From: Actinomycetota bacterium
GTDB lineage: Bacteria; Actinomycetota; Acidimicrobiia; Acidimicrobiales; CADCTF01
Direction of reading: 5' to 3'
DNA length: 64,000 nt
NCBI GenBank assembly: GCA_019348255.1
Contig: JAHWJU010000001.1
Coordinates: forward strand, 2,900-66,899
This document shows, in pieces, positions 25,491 to 34,796 of the stretch; the stretch's first letter is position 1; each line of letters opens with the position of its first letter. Below the pieces are notes generated by a model that was not told the origin of the DNA, made no database searches, and saw only the letters and a list, made by a program, of their open reading frames with translations. The position numbers and the translations under genes are program-made.

Positions 25491-26708
25491 TCACCTGTCG
25501 GCCCCACGGGGCGGACGATCGAGCCCGTGCCGGCGCGGCGGTGAGCCCCCCGAACCGAGGAGCGAGCCCAACCGGCTTCGTGCTGACCCCCGCACCGCCC
25601 GGTCCCACCGGGGCCGGACCGGACCGTCGGGGATGTAGGCCTCGATCAGGCGCCTGGCCAGCGGCGGCGGGCTGGCACCCACGACCACGAACCACGTCAC
25701 CCGCTTGAGCCGGTCCTTCAGCGACAGGTGCGGGTGACGCAGGACCGCCTCCACCCCTCGTCCGACGAGGGTGCGGGCACGGTCGCTCGCCAGGAGGTGC
25801 CCGGGCCGGTCGAGCTTCAGCGAGGCCAGCCGGAAGGTAAGGAAAGCGGCGTCGAGGGCGGTCCTGGGGTCGGCGGAGCTTCCCTCGACGCCGAGTCGGC
25901 CGGCCAGAGCGTGGAAGCGGGAGTGGTTGGCGCACACCTGGTCCAGTTTCATGCGGATCCATTCGGGCGTCACCCGGCGGCCGGCGAAGTCGTTCGTCCC
26001 GTGGAGGCGGTAGCGGACGCCGACCTCGTCGAGCGACCGGACGGGCCCGAAGAGGGGAGCCAGCTCCGCCAAATAGGCATCGCAATGGGTCGGGTACCTC
26101 GCCTCGGGCAGGGGAAGCAGCTGATCCAGGACCCAGGCCGGGTGGGCGTTGGCGCTGGTGGGTTGCCAGGCGTAGTTCCGGAACCGCACCACGTGGTGGC
26201 GCAGGTCACCGCTGGGGAGGGCACCGGGTCTCGGCGGCACGAGCAGGCCGAGCGGCGTCCCCGCGGCATCGGCCAGCGCCATCCGGAACTGGACCTTGGC
26301 CAGGCTGGGCTGGCGCTCGAACGCCTCGGCCACGGCTCCGGCGATGCCCGGCAGGAGGATGTCGTCGGCGTCGAGGAACATGACAACCTCGCCGCGAGCG
26401 GCGACGAAGCCGGCGTTGACCGCGGAGCCCTGACCGCCGTTCTCCTTGCACAACGCTCGCAGGTGGTCGCCGTAGCCGGCAATGACCTCCTGCGACCGAT
26501 CCGTCGAGCCGTCGTCCACCACGACCACTTCGACGTGCTCGTAGTCCTGGGCCAGCGCGCTGTCGATGGCGTCGGCCAGGAATCGATCGTAGTTGTGGTT
26601 GAGCACGCAGATCGTGACCAACGGCCGGGGAGGCACGGTGGCCGTGGCCGGTGCGTCGCCGTCGCTCTCGGGGCAGCCCTTGCCGTTCGGGAGGACCGGA
26701 CCCGACAC
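25491..26708 (-). CDS. Glycosyltransferase family 2
   Basis: 'VTICVLNHNYDRFLADAIDSALAQDYEHVEVVVVDDGSTDRS' and 'VMFLDADDILLPG' (D-x-D) are present. The gene starts 12 nt after the upstream stop. Confidence 0.85.
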   Translation of the reverse strand: MSGPVLPNGKGCPESDGDAPATATVPPRPLVTICVLNHNYDRFLADAIDSALAQDYEHVEVVVVDDGSTDRSQEVIAGYGDHLRALCKENGGQGSAVNAGFVAARGEVVMFLDADDILLPGIAGAVAEAFERQPSLAKVQFRMALADAAGTPLGLLVPPRPGALPSGDLRHHVVRFRNYAWQPTSANAHPAWVLDQLLPLPEARYPTHCDAYLAELAPLFGPVRSLDEVGVRYRLHGTNDFAGRRVTPEWIRMKLDQVCANHSRFHALAGRLGVEGSSADPRTALDAAFLTFRLASLKLDRPGHLLASDRARTLVGRGVEAVLRHPHLSLKDRLKRVTWFVVVGASPPPLARRLIEAYIPDGPVRPRWDRAVRGSARSRLGSLLGSGGSPPRRHGLDRPPRGADR

Positions 26709-26720
26709 GGCCGCGGATCC

Positions 26721-28418
26721 TCAGGCGGGGAAGGTGGCGGCGTCGAGCACGCCCACCAGTGGCCGGCCTCGCGTGCCCGGGCCGGGGACCTCCCCGAGGA
26801 GGTGGAGCAGCGTGGGGGTGAGGTCGGAGGCGGAGCGCTCACCGAGGTCGCCGGGCGCGATGCCGGGCGCGCGCACGAGGGCGAAGCCGTTCGGGCTGTG
26901 GGCCGAGGTACGCGCGTGGGGATAGGGGCCGACGGCCCCGAGGGTGGGGTGGGCCAACGCGTCCGGCGCGCCGTCCCACAACACCAGCAGGTCGGCATCG
27001 GGGCCCGAGGGGTCGAAGGGATCGTCGGCACGCAGGCGGATGACGTCCCGCACCACGGGGTGCCCGGTGCGGACGTCGCGACAGGAGGAGAGGAAGCGGG
27101 TCACGTCGTCGCACGCCCGGCGGTAGTCGTCGGGATGCACCACGCCACTCGCCTCCCGGCCGCGGAGGTTGACGCGGATGTGGCCGTCTCCGAACGAGGG
27201 CAGGGCGAACGCCGGCATGTGGTGCCAATAGCGCTCGTACCAGCTCGCCACCTGGTAGTGGAAGGACTTGCGGAAGGCGTCGCGGGCCTCCGGGGTGGGC
27301 TCGACCTCGGGGGGGACGGGTGTGCTCAGCGATCCCAACGGCTGCCAGGGTTCCTTGCCGGCCAACGTGCGCAGGCGCTCGTAGGCACGCGGTGACAAAA
27401 CGCGCCGGGCCAGGCTCCGGGCCCGGTCGACCCCGCCGTCGGTGAACCGGGAGCGCATGTAGGCGTGCCATGACTCCTCCGGACCCGGAACGATCGGGGG
27501 GCAGCCGCGCCGGCGCCACGCCTCGTGGTCGGGATCACGCAGCAGCGCCCGGCCGAAGTGCTGGCGATGGAGCAGCTCGGGGACCAGCACGGTCGAGACG
27601 AGGTCGTCGGCGGGCTGCATGCCGTGCAGGGCGAAGACCACCAGCGCCGTGTCCGGGGGCAGTGCCTCGACCAGCGTCCCCACCGCCTCGTCGATGGCCT
27701 GGAGGACCTCCCTCATCCGCCGGCCCGCCTGGTCGCTGGTCGCCGTCCCGTGCAGCGGGTGCCGTTCGTCGACGCCATGCCAGAGGTGGTGGCCGGTGCT
27801 GTGCACCTCGGACATGCACAGCAACAGCAGGTCCCAGTCGGGGACCTGTCCCTGGAGCCACTCGGCGATCCGCACGCGCCGCCGCGTCCCCACCAGGCTC
27901 GCCTCCGTGAGGTTGTCGATGTAGCGGGGCGCGAACCAACCGATGTCGAAGTCGTTGCCGAAGGCGGGGTTCACCCCGAAGCGGGCGTCGATGTCGCGTA
28001 GCAGCCCCCCCGGCCTCGAGCTGCGTGGGTACTGCGGCGAGTGTGCACCCCACCCGGTGACCTGGACGCCCTCGACCCCGTCCTCGATGGTGGAGTGGAT
28101 CAGGTCGAAGGAGATCACCTTCCGTCGGGGACCGAGGGCGTAGAAGGGCTCGCCGTCGGGCGCACCGATCGAGTAGCTGGCGTACGTCTCCGGGCAGAAG
28201 ACGGCGCCGGGCGCCCACAGGTTGTCACTCGTCGGATCACGACCGGTGAGGAAACGGCGCCACACCAGCTCGGAGCGGTACGGGACCTCGGTGCGCAGCC
28301 GGCACCGCACCGCCTCTTCCCGGATGCGGCTGAGGTGGGGTAGGCGCCCCTCCCGCGCCAGGCGCTCCACGAGCCACCATTCGGCGGCGTCGATGGCAAG
28401 TGCCGCGACTCGCGGCAT
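26721..28418 (-). CDS. Alkaline-phosphatase-superfamily enzyme (type I phosphodiesterase / nucleotide pyrophosphatase-like)
   Basis: ATG 28418 lies 7 nt after 'GGAGG'. 'VAALAIDAAEWWLVERLAREGRLPHL', 'FLTGRDPTSDNLW', 'SEVHSTGHHLWHG' and 'VVFALHGM' resemble the metal-ligand blocks of the Phosphodiest family. No sulfatase C/S-x-P-x-R motif is present. The upstream 112 codons of the track ORF are Arg/Gly-rich and are not counted. Confidence 0.65.
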   Translation of the reverse strand: MPRVAALAIDAAEWWLVERLAREGRLPHLSRIREEAVRCRLRTEVPYRSELVWRRFLTGRDPTSDNLWAPGAVFCPETYASYSIGAPDGEPFYALGPRRKVISFDLIHSTIEDGVEGVQVTGWGAHSPQYPRSSRPGGLLRDIDARFGVNPAFGNDFDIGWFAPRYIDNLTEASLVGTRRRVRIAEWLQGQVPDWDLLLLCMSEVHSTGHHLWHGVDERHPLHGTATSDQAGRRMREVLQAIDEAVGTLVEALPPDTALVVFALHGMQPADDLVSTVLVPELLHRQHFGRALLRDPDHEAWRRRGCPPIVPGPEESWHAYMRSRFTDGGVDRARSLARRVLSPRAYERLRTLAGKEPWQPLGSLSTPVPPEVEPTPEARDAFRKSFHYQVASWYERYWHHMPAFALPSFGDGHIRVNLRGREASGVVHPDDYRRACDDVTRFLSSCRDVRTGHPVVRDVIRLRADDPFDPSGPDADLLVLWDGAPDALAHPTLGAVGPYPHARTSAHSPNGFALVRAPGIAPGDLGERSASDLTPTLLHLLGEVPGPGTRGRPLVGVLDAATFPA

Positions 28419-28603
28419 GTTCGCACCTCCAGGAGGGTTCGAGATTTTCCGGATCTGAACATTGTCCCTACGAGGCCCCGGAACCCTTGGATCACCGGCC
28501 CGCGTTCCGCCTGCCTCGAGAGACGGGCCGACGTTCCCGCCGTCGACCCCGGCGGGGCGCCCGGAGCCCCGTCCACGTCCGTGACAGGCTCCGTTTCGGA
28601 TGC

Positions 28604-30895
28604 TCACAGGCGCAGGCGCTCCGTCACCGTCACCGCCTCGACGATCCAGTCGTGGGCGTGCTCGGGGGGCGGTCGCCACTCGTCGGCCCACCCGATCCAC
28701 TGGAGCGCCAGGTGCAGTCGGGCCCGATCGAGGTCGGTGACGAAGCGCTCCCACGGGGGACGGGGCCCGGCACCCTGGTCCGGCAACGCCTGGTGGTAGG
28801 CCGCCGCCAGTGCGGTTCGGTCCTCATCGCTCCACCCGGTGGACAAGGCGGCGAGGTCCAGCACTCCCGGACCCAGCGCCGACATCTCCCAGTCCACGGG
28901 GCACACGCGCCGCTGGTCCGGGCGCTTCGTGACGATGATGTTGGACGGGTAGAACTCGCCGTGCACCAGCGTGACGGGCAGGTCGACGAGGGCGTCGACC
29001 ACGACGTGGTAACCATCGAGCAGGGGGAGCAGCTCTCGGCGCCGCGGGTGGTCACCGGCGATCAGCGCCCGGTGGGCCCGCTGGGCCCAGAAGGCGAACG
29101 CCGTCCTCCCGTACTCGAGGAGGTACGGGTTCAACCGGCGCAGCGCCCCGACCCGAGGCTGGAAGCGGGCGTGGAAGCGGGCGAGCCAGCGAGCCACCTC
29201 GGCCCAGATCTCCCGATCCGCCACCTGCCACAGCTCGACTCCCGGGACCTTCTCCACGGCGATCCAGTAACGATCCCGCTCCCGGTCGGCGACGACGGCG
29301 TACAGCCGGGCACCGATCCCCTCTCGGGCCAGGATCCGGCGGTAGGTCTCGATGGCGCGCAGCGGCTCGTGGAGGAACGGGGGCTTGGTGCGGCGGGCGT
29401 CCGGCAGCAGGTTCCGCCACGCCAGGTGCTTCACGATGATCCGCAGGCGAGTGCCGCCCACCTCGACCTCCACGTCCTCCAGCCGGAAGCTGGTCGCGTA
29501 GCGGTACGCCTGGCGCTCGAGGAGGCGGACGTCGTCGTGCCCCAGCCGGTCGACGAGCGCGGCCACGATCTCGTCGTCGGACGGGCTGCCGGGTTCGTAG
29601 CCCACCTCGCCGGCGTGGGCGTGGAGGGTGGCCGGGACGCCGTCGGGGGCGTCGACCGGACCGGGTGGAGGGCGGCGCTGTCCCGCAGGGGACGGGGACG
29701 CAAGGGACAGCACCACCGCGTTGTGCCGGTCTGGGCCGGATGAGGCCACGGCGGCTCCCGTCTCCGATGCCGGGTCCTCCCGTCCCAGCACCCGGTCGAG
29801 CAACGTGGTGAGCACTCGACGGCTGTCGAGGTGCTGCTCGGCGATGGCTCGGGCGGCCTGGCGATGGCGGCCGTAGTCGGCGCGGAGCCGCTCGCATGCG
29901 CCCGCCACGTCCTCCGCCCGGCGGAAGGCGAGCAGCCCCTCACCCACCGGGAGCCGCCGCCCGAAGCCGGTGTCCTGCGCCACCACGGGCCGTCCCGACG
30001 CCAGATAGCAGGCGCTGCGATCGCTGAACCACCCGGAGCCGGAGACCACGTAACCGCTCTTGGCGATGCCGAGCTCGCCCCACGAGCCCTGCACGAAACG
30101 GCGGTAGTCCTCCGGGGTGGCCGCCACCGACAGCGGGTCGACGAGCTGCCAGCGGTTCCGGTGCAGCGCCTCCAGATCGGCGACCTCGTCGGGATGGATG
30201 CCGAGGGCGACGAGGAACTGCACGTCGGTGCGGGTGGGGACATCGATCAGCGCTCGCCAGGAATGGACCTTCTGGCCGTAGTGGAGGCCGTCGTGCTGCG
30301 TCGAGCCATAGCTCCTCCAGTTGGCCACGGTGGTCAGCGCCTCGTGCTCCAGCCGGTCGGCGTACGGCCAGTGGCGGAGCACGACCGGCGGCAGGGTGGA
30401 CAGCCACGTGCGCCCGCAGTCGGGGATCGTCGTACCGACGGCGTCGCCGACTGTCACGAAGTGGGTGTGGGCATCGAAGCGCATGTCGATGCCGTCGGCG
30501 GCGTGCCACAGCTGAGCGAAGCCGGGATCGAGGTCGAGGTAGACCCTCGTCGGCACCGCGTCGAGCACGTCGGCATCGGCGAGCAGGCCCGAGGCGTTGA
30601 GAAGGAGATCCACCCGGGACGCGACCCGCCGGAGCTCCTCCCTCCCCATGCCCGCGGTCTGGGCGCGGTGTGGGCGGACGAGGCACCAGCAGTCGGCCAG
30701 GTCGAACCGTTCCATGACCTCGCTGCACCAGCGGGCGCTGGTGTGGAAGCTCTGGTCGTCGCCCTCGACCGGCTCCACCAGCCAGACCTCGTGGCCCAGT
30801 TCGCGCAAACCCAGGAGGTACTGGAGGATCGACCAGGTGGCGCCTCCGTGGGCCGGGGTGCCCGCAACCATCCCACTGACGATGACCGCTGCCAT
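28604..30895 (-). CDS. Paralog 1 of an uncharacterised GT-B-like family, fused to a C-terminal APH-type kinase domain
   Basis: The N-terminal ~385 aa share blocks with the proteins at 31113 and 32294: 'GGATWSILQYLLGL', 'LDLDPGFAQLWH', 'TTVANWRSYG' and 'GSGWFSDRSACYLASGRPVVAQDTGF'. The C-terminal domain (about 28604..29500) has 'LVHGEFYPSNIIV' and 'CPVDWEMSALGPGVLDLA'. The start is ATG 30895 or GTG 30910. Confidence 0.7.
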   Translation of the reverse strand: MAAVIVSGMVAGTPAHGGATWSILQYLLGLRELGHEVWLVEPVEGDDQSFHTSARWCSEVMERFDLADCWCLVRPHRAQTAGMGREELRRVASRVDLLLNASGLLADADVLDAVPTRVYLDLDPGFAQLWHAADGIDMRFDAHTHFVTVGDAVGTTIPDCGRTWLSTLPPVVLRHWPYADRLEHEALTTVANWRSYGSTQHDGLHYGQKVHSWRALIDVPTRTDVQFLVALGIHPDEVADLEALHRNRWQLVDPLSVAATPEDYRRFVQGSWGELGIAKSGYVVSGSGWFSDRSACYLASGRPVVAQDTGFGRRLPVGEGLLAFRRAEDVAGACERLRADYGRHRQAARAIAEQHLDSRRVLTTLLDRVLGREDPASETGAAVASSGPDRHNAVVLSLASPSPAGQRRPPPGPVDAPDGVPATLHAHAGEVGYEPGSPSDDEIVAALVDRLGHDDVRLLERQAYRYATSFRLEDVEVEVGGTRLRIIVKHLAWRNLLPDARRTKPPFLHEPLRAIETYRRILAREGIGARLYAVVADRERDRYWIAVEKVPGVELWQVADREIWAEVARWLARFHARFQPRVGALRRLNPYLLEYGRTAFAFWAQRAHRALIAGDHPRRRELLPLLDGYHVVVDALVDLPVTLVHGEFYPSNIIVTKRPDQRRVCPVDWEMSALGPGVLDLAALSTGWSDEDRTALAAAYHQALPDQGAGPRPPWERFVTDLDRARLHLALQWIGWADEWRPPPEHAHDWIVEAVTVTERLRL

Positions 30896-31112
30896 CGGGT
30901 TCCCGATCACCCCCTCGTCCGGAGCGACCGTGGCATGTCGACCTGCTGCGTGAGGGCGTCAGCCGTGGGCCTCACCCCGGGCTGGTACCCGGCGCCGGTG
31001 GAGGGAACGCGGGGCGTCCGTGGGCGGGGGTCGTCGCGCATCCGGCTCGGTAGCCTCACTTCGTGATCGTCCCGCCGCGACGACAGGGCGCAGCCGCGCT
31101 CGGCCCTCCAGC
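30896..31112. promoter_or_regulatory. Divergent intergenic region between the paralog-1 and paralog-2 operons
   Basis: About 217 bp of non-coding spacer separates two divergently oriented gene strings. No motif could be assigned by eye. Confidence 0.3.
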
Positions 31113-32297
31113 GTGAAGGAGACATTAGCGATCGCCGGGGCACTGGCCCAACGGCCACACCACGGTGGTCACACGTGGGTGTTCCTCCAGTACCTGCTCG
31201 GGTTCCACCACCTGGGGTGGGACGTCCTCTTCCTCGACCGCCTGGAGCCCGACATGTGCGTCGACGGCGCCGACCGCCGGGTCCCGGCGCGGGAGTCGGT
31301 GAACGTCGCCTACCTCGCCGAGGTGATGGACCGCTTCGGACTCCGGGGATCCTGGTGCCTCCTGCACGACGGTGGCCGCGAGACCTTCGGCCTCGGCCGT
31401 GACGAGGTCCGTCGGCGCCTTCGCCGGTCGGCGTTTCTGCTCAACGTGATGGGCTACCTCGACGACGAGGACCTGCTGGCCGTCACGCCGCGCCGGGTGT
31501 TCCTCGACATCGACCCCGGCTTCACCCAGATGTGGCGGGTGCTCGGCCTTCACGACCACACGGTCGGCCACGACGACCACGTGACGATCGGCGCCAACAT
31601 CCACCGGCCGGGGTGCACGGTGCCGACGGCCGGGATCGACTGGCTGACCACCAAGCAGCCGGTCGTGCTCCAGCAGTGGCCGGTGGCCGAGGGGCCGGGA
31701 CGCGGCTTCACCAGCGTCGCCAGCTGGCGAGGCCCGTTCGGACCCGTCGAGTACGAGGGACGCACCTACGGGCTCCGGGTCCACGAGTTCCGGCGGTTCC
31801 TGGATCTGCCCTCCCGCACCGGCGCCGACCTGGAGGTGGCCCTCGACATCCACGAGGCGGAGGTGGAAGACCTGCGTAGGCTGCGCGAGCACCGCTGGCG
31901 GCTGGCCGATCCCCGGGAGGTGACGTGCGACCCCTGGCGGTACCAAACCTTCGTCCAGCGCTCGGCGGCCGAGCTCATGGTGGCCAAGAACATGTACGTG
32001 CAGTCGCTCAGCGGATGGATCAGCGACCGCAGCATCTGCTATCTGGCCAGCGGACGCCCGGTGCTCGCCCAGGACACCGGGCTCGAGGGCGTGGTGCCCA
32101 CCGGCGAGGGACTGCTGACCTTCACCACGCTGGAGGAGGCAGTCGCCGGCGTCGCCGAGATCACCAGTGAGCCGGGTCGCCACCGCCGAGCGGCTCGCGA
32201 GCTGGCGGAGGAGCACTTCGCCGCCGAGCGGGTGCTGGGGCTGCTGCTCGACCGCCTCGGCGTGGGCGGGCCCGGGCGCCTGCGGAAGCCACGATGA
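31113..32297 (+). CDS. Paralog 2 of the uncharacterised GT-B-like family
   Basis: GTG 31113 is in frame with track ORF 31020..32297. Shared blocks are 'GGHTWVFLQYLLGF', 'FLDIDPGFTQMWR', 'TSVASWRGPFGPVEYEGRTYGLRVHEFRRF' and 'LSGWISDRSICYLASGRPVLAQDTGL'. Confidence 0.7.
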   Translation: MKETLAIAGALAQRPHHGGHTWVFLQYLLGFHHLGWDVLFLDRLEPDMCVDGADRRVPARESVNVAYLAEVMDRFGLRGSWCLLHDGGRETFGLGRDEVRRRLRRSAFLLNVMGYLDDEDLLAVTPRRVFLDIDPGFTQMWRVLGLHDHTVGHDDHVTIGANIHRPGCTVPTAGIDWLTTKQPVVLQQWPVAEGPGRGFTSVASWRGPFGPVEYEGRTYGLRVHEFRRFLDLPSRTGADLEVALDIHEAEVEDLRRLREHRWRLADPREVTCDPWRYQTFVQRSAAELMVAKNMYVQSLSGWISDRSICYLASGRPVLAQDTGLEGVVPTGEGLLTFTTLEEAVAGVAEITSEPGRHRRAARELAEEHFAAERVLGLLLDRLGVGGPGRLRKPR

Positions 32298-33430
32298 GCA
32301 CCGTGGTCGTCGCCGGCGCACTGGCCAACAAGGCCGGCAGCGGTGGTGAAGCGTGGGTCCGGCTCAGCTGGGTGCGGGGGTTGCAGGCGCTCGGCCTGGA
32401 CGTCTTCTTCGTCGAGGAGCTGGACCCGGGCCCCGGGGGCGGCGGCCATCCCGCCGCCGTTGCCTACTTCGAGGGTGTGGTGGCCCGGTTCGGCTTGCGC
32501 GAGCGGGCCACGCTGCTCGTCGGTGACGAGGCCTGCTGCGGTCCCGGGCTGGACGACCTGGTGGGGATGGCTCCGTCGGCGACCTTGGTGAACATCAGCG
32601 GGCACCTCCACCACGCCCGCCTGTTCCCTGCGTTCCGGCGGAGGGTGCTCGTCGACATCGACCCGGGCTTCACCCAGGTGTGGCACGCTGCCGGCGACCC
32701 GGGCGCACGGGTCGAGGGCCACGAGGTCCACTTCACCATCGGCGAGCACATCGGCGCACCCGGGTGTCCCGTCCCCACCGGCGGGGTGCAGTGGCGCCAC
32801 GTACGCCAGCCGGTCATTCTCGACGACTGGCCGGTGACGGCGTGCACGGCTCCATGCCGCTTCACCACCGTGGCGAGCTGGCGGGGGCCCTTCGGACCGG
32901 TGGAGCTCGATGGGCGAACCTACGGTCTGAAGGCCCACGAGTTCCGGAAGGTGATCGAGCTGCCCCGTCGCTCCCCTCACACCTTCGAGCTGGCCCTCGC
33001 CATCCACCCCGATGACGAGGTCGATCGCCGGGCGCTGGTTCGACACGGCTGGCACCTGGTGGACCCGGGTCCGGCGGCGGCGCAGCCGGAGACGTTCCGC
33101 TCCTACGTCCAGGGCTCCGGCGCCGAGTTCTCGGTGGCCCAGGGGGTGTACGTGGGCACCGGCAGCGGCTGGTTCAGCGACCGAACGGTGCGCTACCTCG
33201 CGTCGGGTCGACCGGCCCTGGTGCAGGACACCGGCTTCAGCAGCGTGCTCCCGACCGGCGACGGTCTGGTGAGGTTCCGGACGCTGGAAGAAGCGGTGAC
33301 CGGTGCGGAGCGGATCACCCGTGACCACGCCGCTCACGCCGAGGCCGCCCGAGCCATCGCCAAGGAGCACTTCGCCGCCGAGCGGATCCTCCCGCGGTTC
33401 TGCGACGAGGCGGGGATCACCGGCGCGTGA
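32294..33430 (+). CDS. Paralog 3 of the uncharacterised GT-B-like family
   Basis: The ATG forms an ATGA overlap with paralog 2. Shared blocks are 'SGGEAWVRLSWVRGL', 'VLVDIDPGFTQVWH', 'TTVASWRGPFGPVELDGRTYGLKAHEFRKV' and 'GSGWFSDRTVRYLASGRPALVQDTGF'. Confidence 0.7.
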   Translation: MSTVVVAGALANKAGSGGEAWVRLSWVRGLQALGLDVFFVEELDPGPGGGGHPAAVAYFEGVVARFGLRERATLLVGDEACCGPGLDDLVGMAPSATLVNISGHLHHARLFPAFRRRVLVDIDPGFTQVWHAAGDPGARVEGHEVHFTIGEHIGAPGCPVPTGGVQWRHVRQPVILDDWPVTACTAPCRFTTVASWRGPFGPVELDGRTYGLKAHEFRKVIELPRRSPHTFELALAIHPDDEVDRRALVRHGWHLVDPGPAAAQPETFRSYVQGSGAEFSVAQGVYVGTGSGWFSDRTVRYLASGRPALVQDTGFSSVLPTGDGLVRFRTLEEAVTGAERITRDHAAHAEAARAIAKEHFAAERILPRFCDEAGITGA

Positions 33431-34743
33431 CGCACCGGGGCTCCCGGCCGTCACCTGTCCCCACCTCCGCCAGCCGGTACCGGGCGTCGGCGTCCCGGCG
33501 AGTCTGGCTCATCGGGCGTTCGTCGGTGGTCCTGCTGAGCGCGGCGGCGCTCTTCTACGGGCTGTCGAGCGGGCGCAGCAGCGGGCCCTCGCCCGATCTC
33601 CGCAACGGGCGGGTCCACATCCAGGACAACCTCTGGCGCACCGCCGAGCACCGGTACGCGGTGTGGGTGGGGAGTGACGGCATCCCGTACGTCGGACAGA
33701 GCCCGCTGCACGGTGACCGGTGGACGGTGGTCGATCTCGGCCGGATACCCGGGAACCCATTGGCCGCTCCCACCGACGACAACCTCCACAACGTGTACAC
33801 GATCGCCGTCGACGCCGACGAACGTGTCCACGTCTTCGGCAACCACCGCCGGTCGCCACTTCGTTACGCCCGCTCGGCGCCGGGCGGTGACATCGGCCAA
33901 TGGGAACCGGGGGTGGTTCCCGGGCCGACCGAGCGGGTGACCTATCCGCAACTCGTGGCCCTGCCCGACGGCACCCTGCTCTTCTTCCGACGTGAGGGGA
34001 TGTCGGGGCGGGGCGCCGTCATGCTGGCGGCTCTCGACCCGGGCGCGCCGGAGTGGCGACACGTCGGCACCGTCATCGATGGCCGTCCCGGCGACGAGAG
34101 CCCCTATCTGCACCGCGTCGCCGTCGATCCGTCGACGGGCATGGTGCACCTGCTCTTCACCTGGCGCCGGAGCGGTGACGTAGCCACCACGAACGACGTC
34201 GAGTACGCCAGGTCTCCCGACGCCGGGCTGTCGTGGGAGACCACTGGAGGGGAGCGGCTGCCGCTGCCGATGACGCACGGTGCGGCCGACGTCGTCATCG
34301 ACACCCCCCCGGAGGGCTCGGGACTGTTGAACCAGGGCGGCCTCGATGTCGACAGCTGTGGCCGTCCTCATGCTGTCGTCACCTTCGACGACGGCCGTCA
34401 CCGGGCACTGAGACACCTGTGGCACGACGGCCACAGCTGGCAGGAGCGGCAGCTCGACGGAGGTCTCCTCGACGGCCGACCCGTCGTCGTGGCCGGGGAG
34501 CGGGTCTGGCTCGTGGGCGCCAAGAGCGCGGAGGTGCGGGCCGTCGACATCTCGTCGGGCTCCGCCGGAGCCGTGGTGACCTTGGGCACAGCCGTGCCGG
34601 GCTGGGAGGTCACCTACGACTCCCGCGCCGCCTCCGCCGGAGCGCTGGAGACGCTGGTGCCCCGCGATGAGGAGCCGATGGTCCTGGCCGAGCGGCTGCG
34701 CGGCGCCACCGACGAGCCCGGCGACGGCTGCCCGAGCGGCTGA
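33427..34743 (+). CDS. Membrane-anchored BNR-4-like (sialidase-fold propeller) protein
   Basis: The GTG forms a GTGA overlap with paralog 3. N-terminal TM 'VVLLSAAALFYGL' is present. 'DDNLHNVYTIAVDADERVHVFGNHRRSPLRYARS', 'YPQLVALPDGTLLFFRR' and 'YARSPDAGLSWE' (a BNR-like S-x-D-x-G-x-x-W) fit my recollection of the BNR_4 family. Confidence 0.55.
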   Translation: MTHRGSRPSPVPTSASRYRASASRRVWLIGRSSVVLLSAAALFYGLSSGRSSGPSPDLRNGRVHIQDNLWRTAEHRYAVWVGSDGIPYVGQSPLHGDRWTVVDLGRIPGNPLAAPTDDNLHNVYTIAVDADERVHVFGNHRRSPLRYARSAPGGDIGQWEPGVVPGPTERVTYPQLVALPDGTLLFFRREGMSGRGAVMLAALDPGAPEWRHVGTVIDGRPGDESPYLHRVAVDPSTGMVHLLFTWRRSGDVATTNDVEYARSPDAGLSWETTGGERLPLPMTHGAADVVIDTPPEGSGLLNQGGLDVDSCGRPHAVVTFDDGRHRALRHLWHDGHSWQERQLDGGLLDGRPVVVAGERVWLVGAKSAEVRAVDISSGSAGAVVTLGTAVPGWEVTYDSRAASAGALETLVPRDEEPMVLAERLRGATDEPGDGCPSG

Positions 34744-34796
34744 CGAGCACGCGCCCGCCGTCGACCGCGCGATCCGGCGGTCTTCACGCCGAGCCG

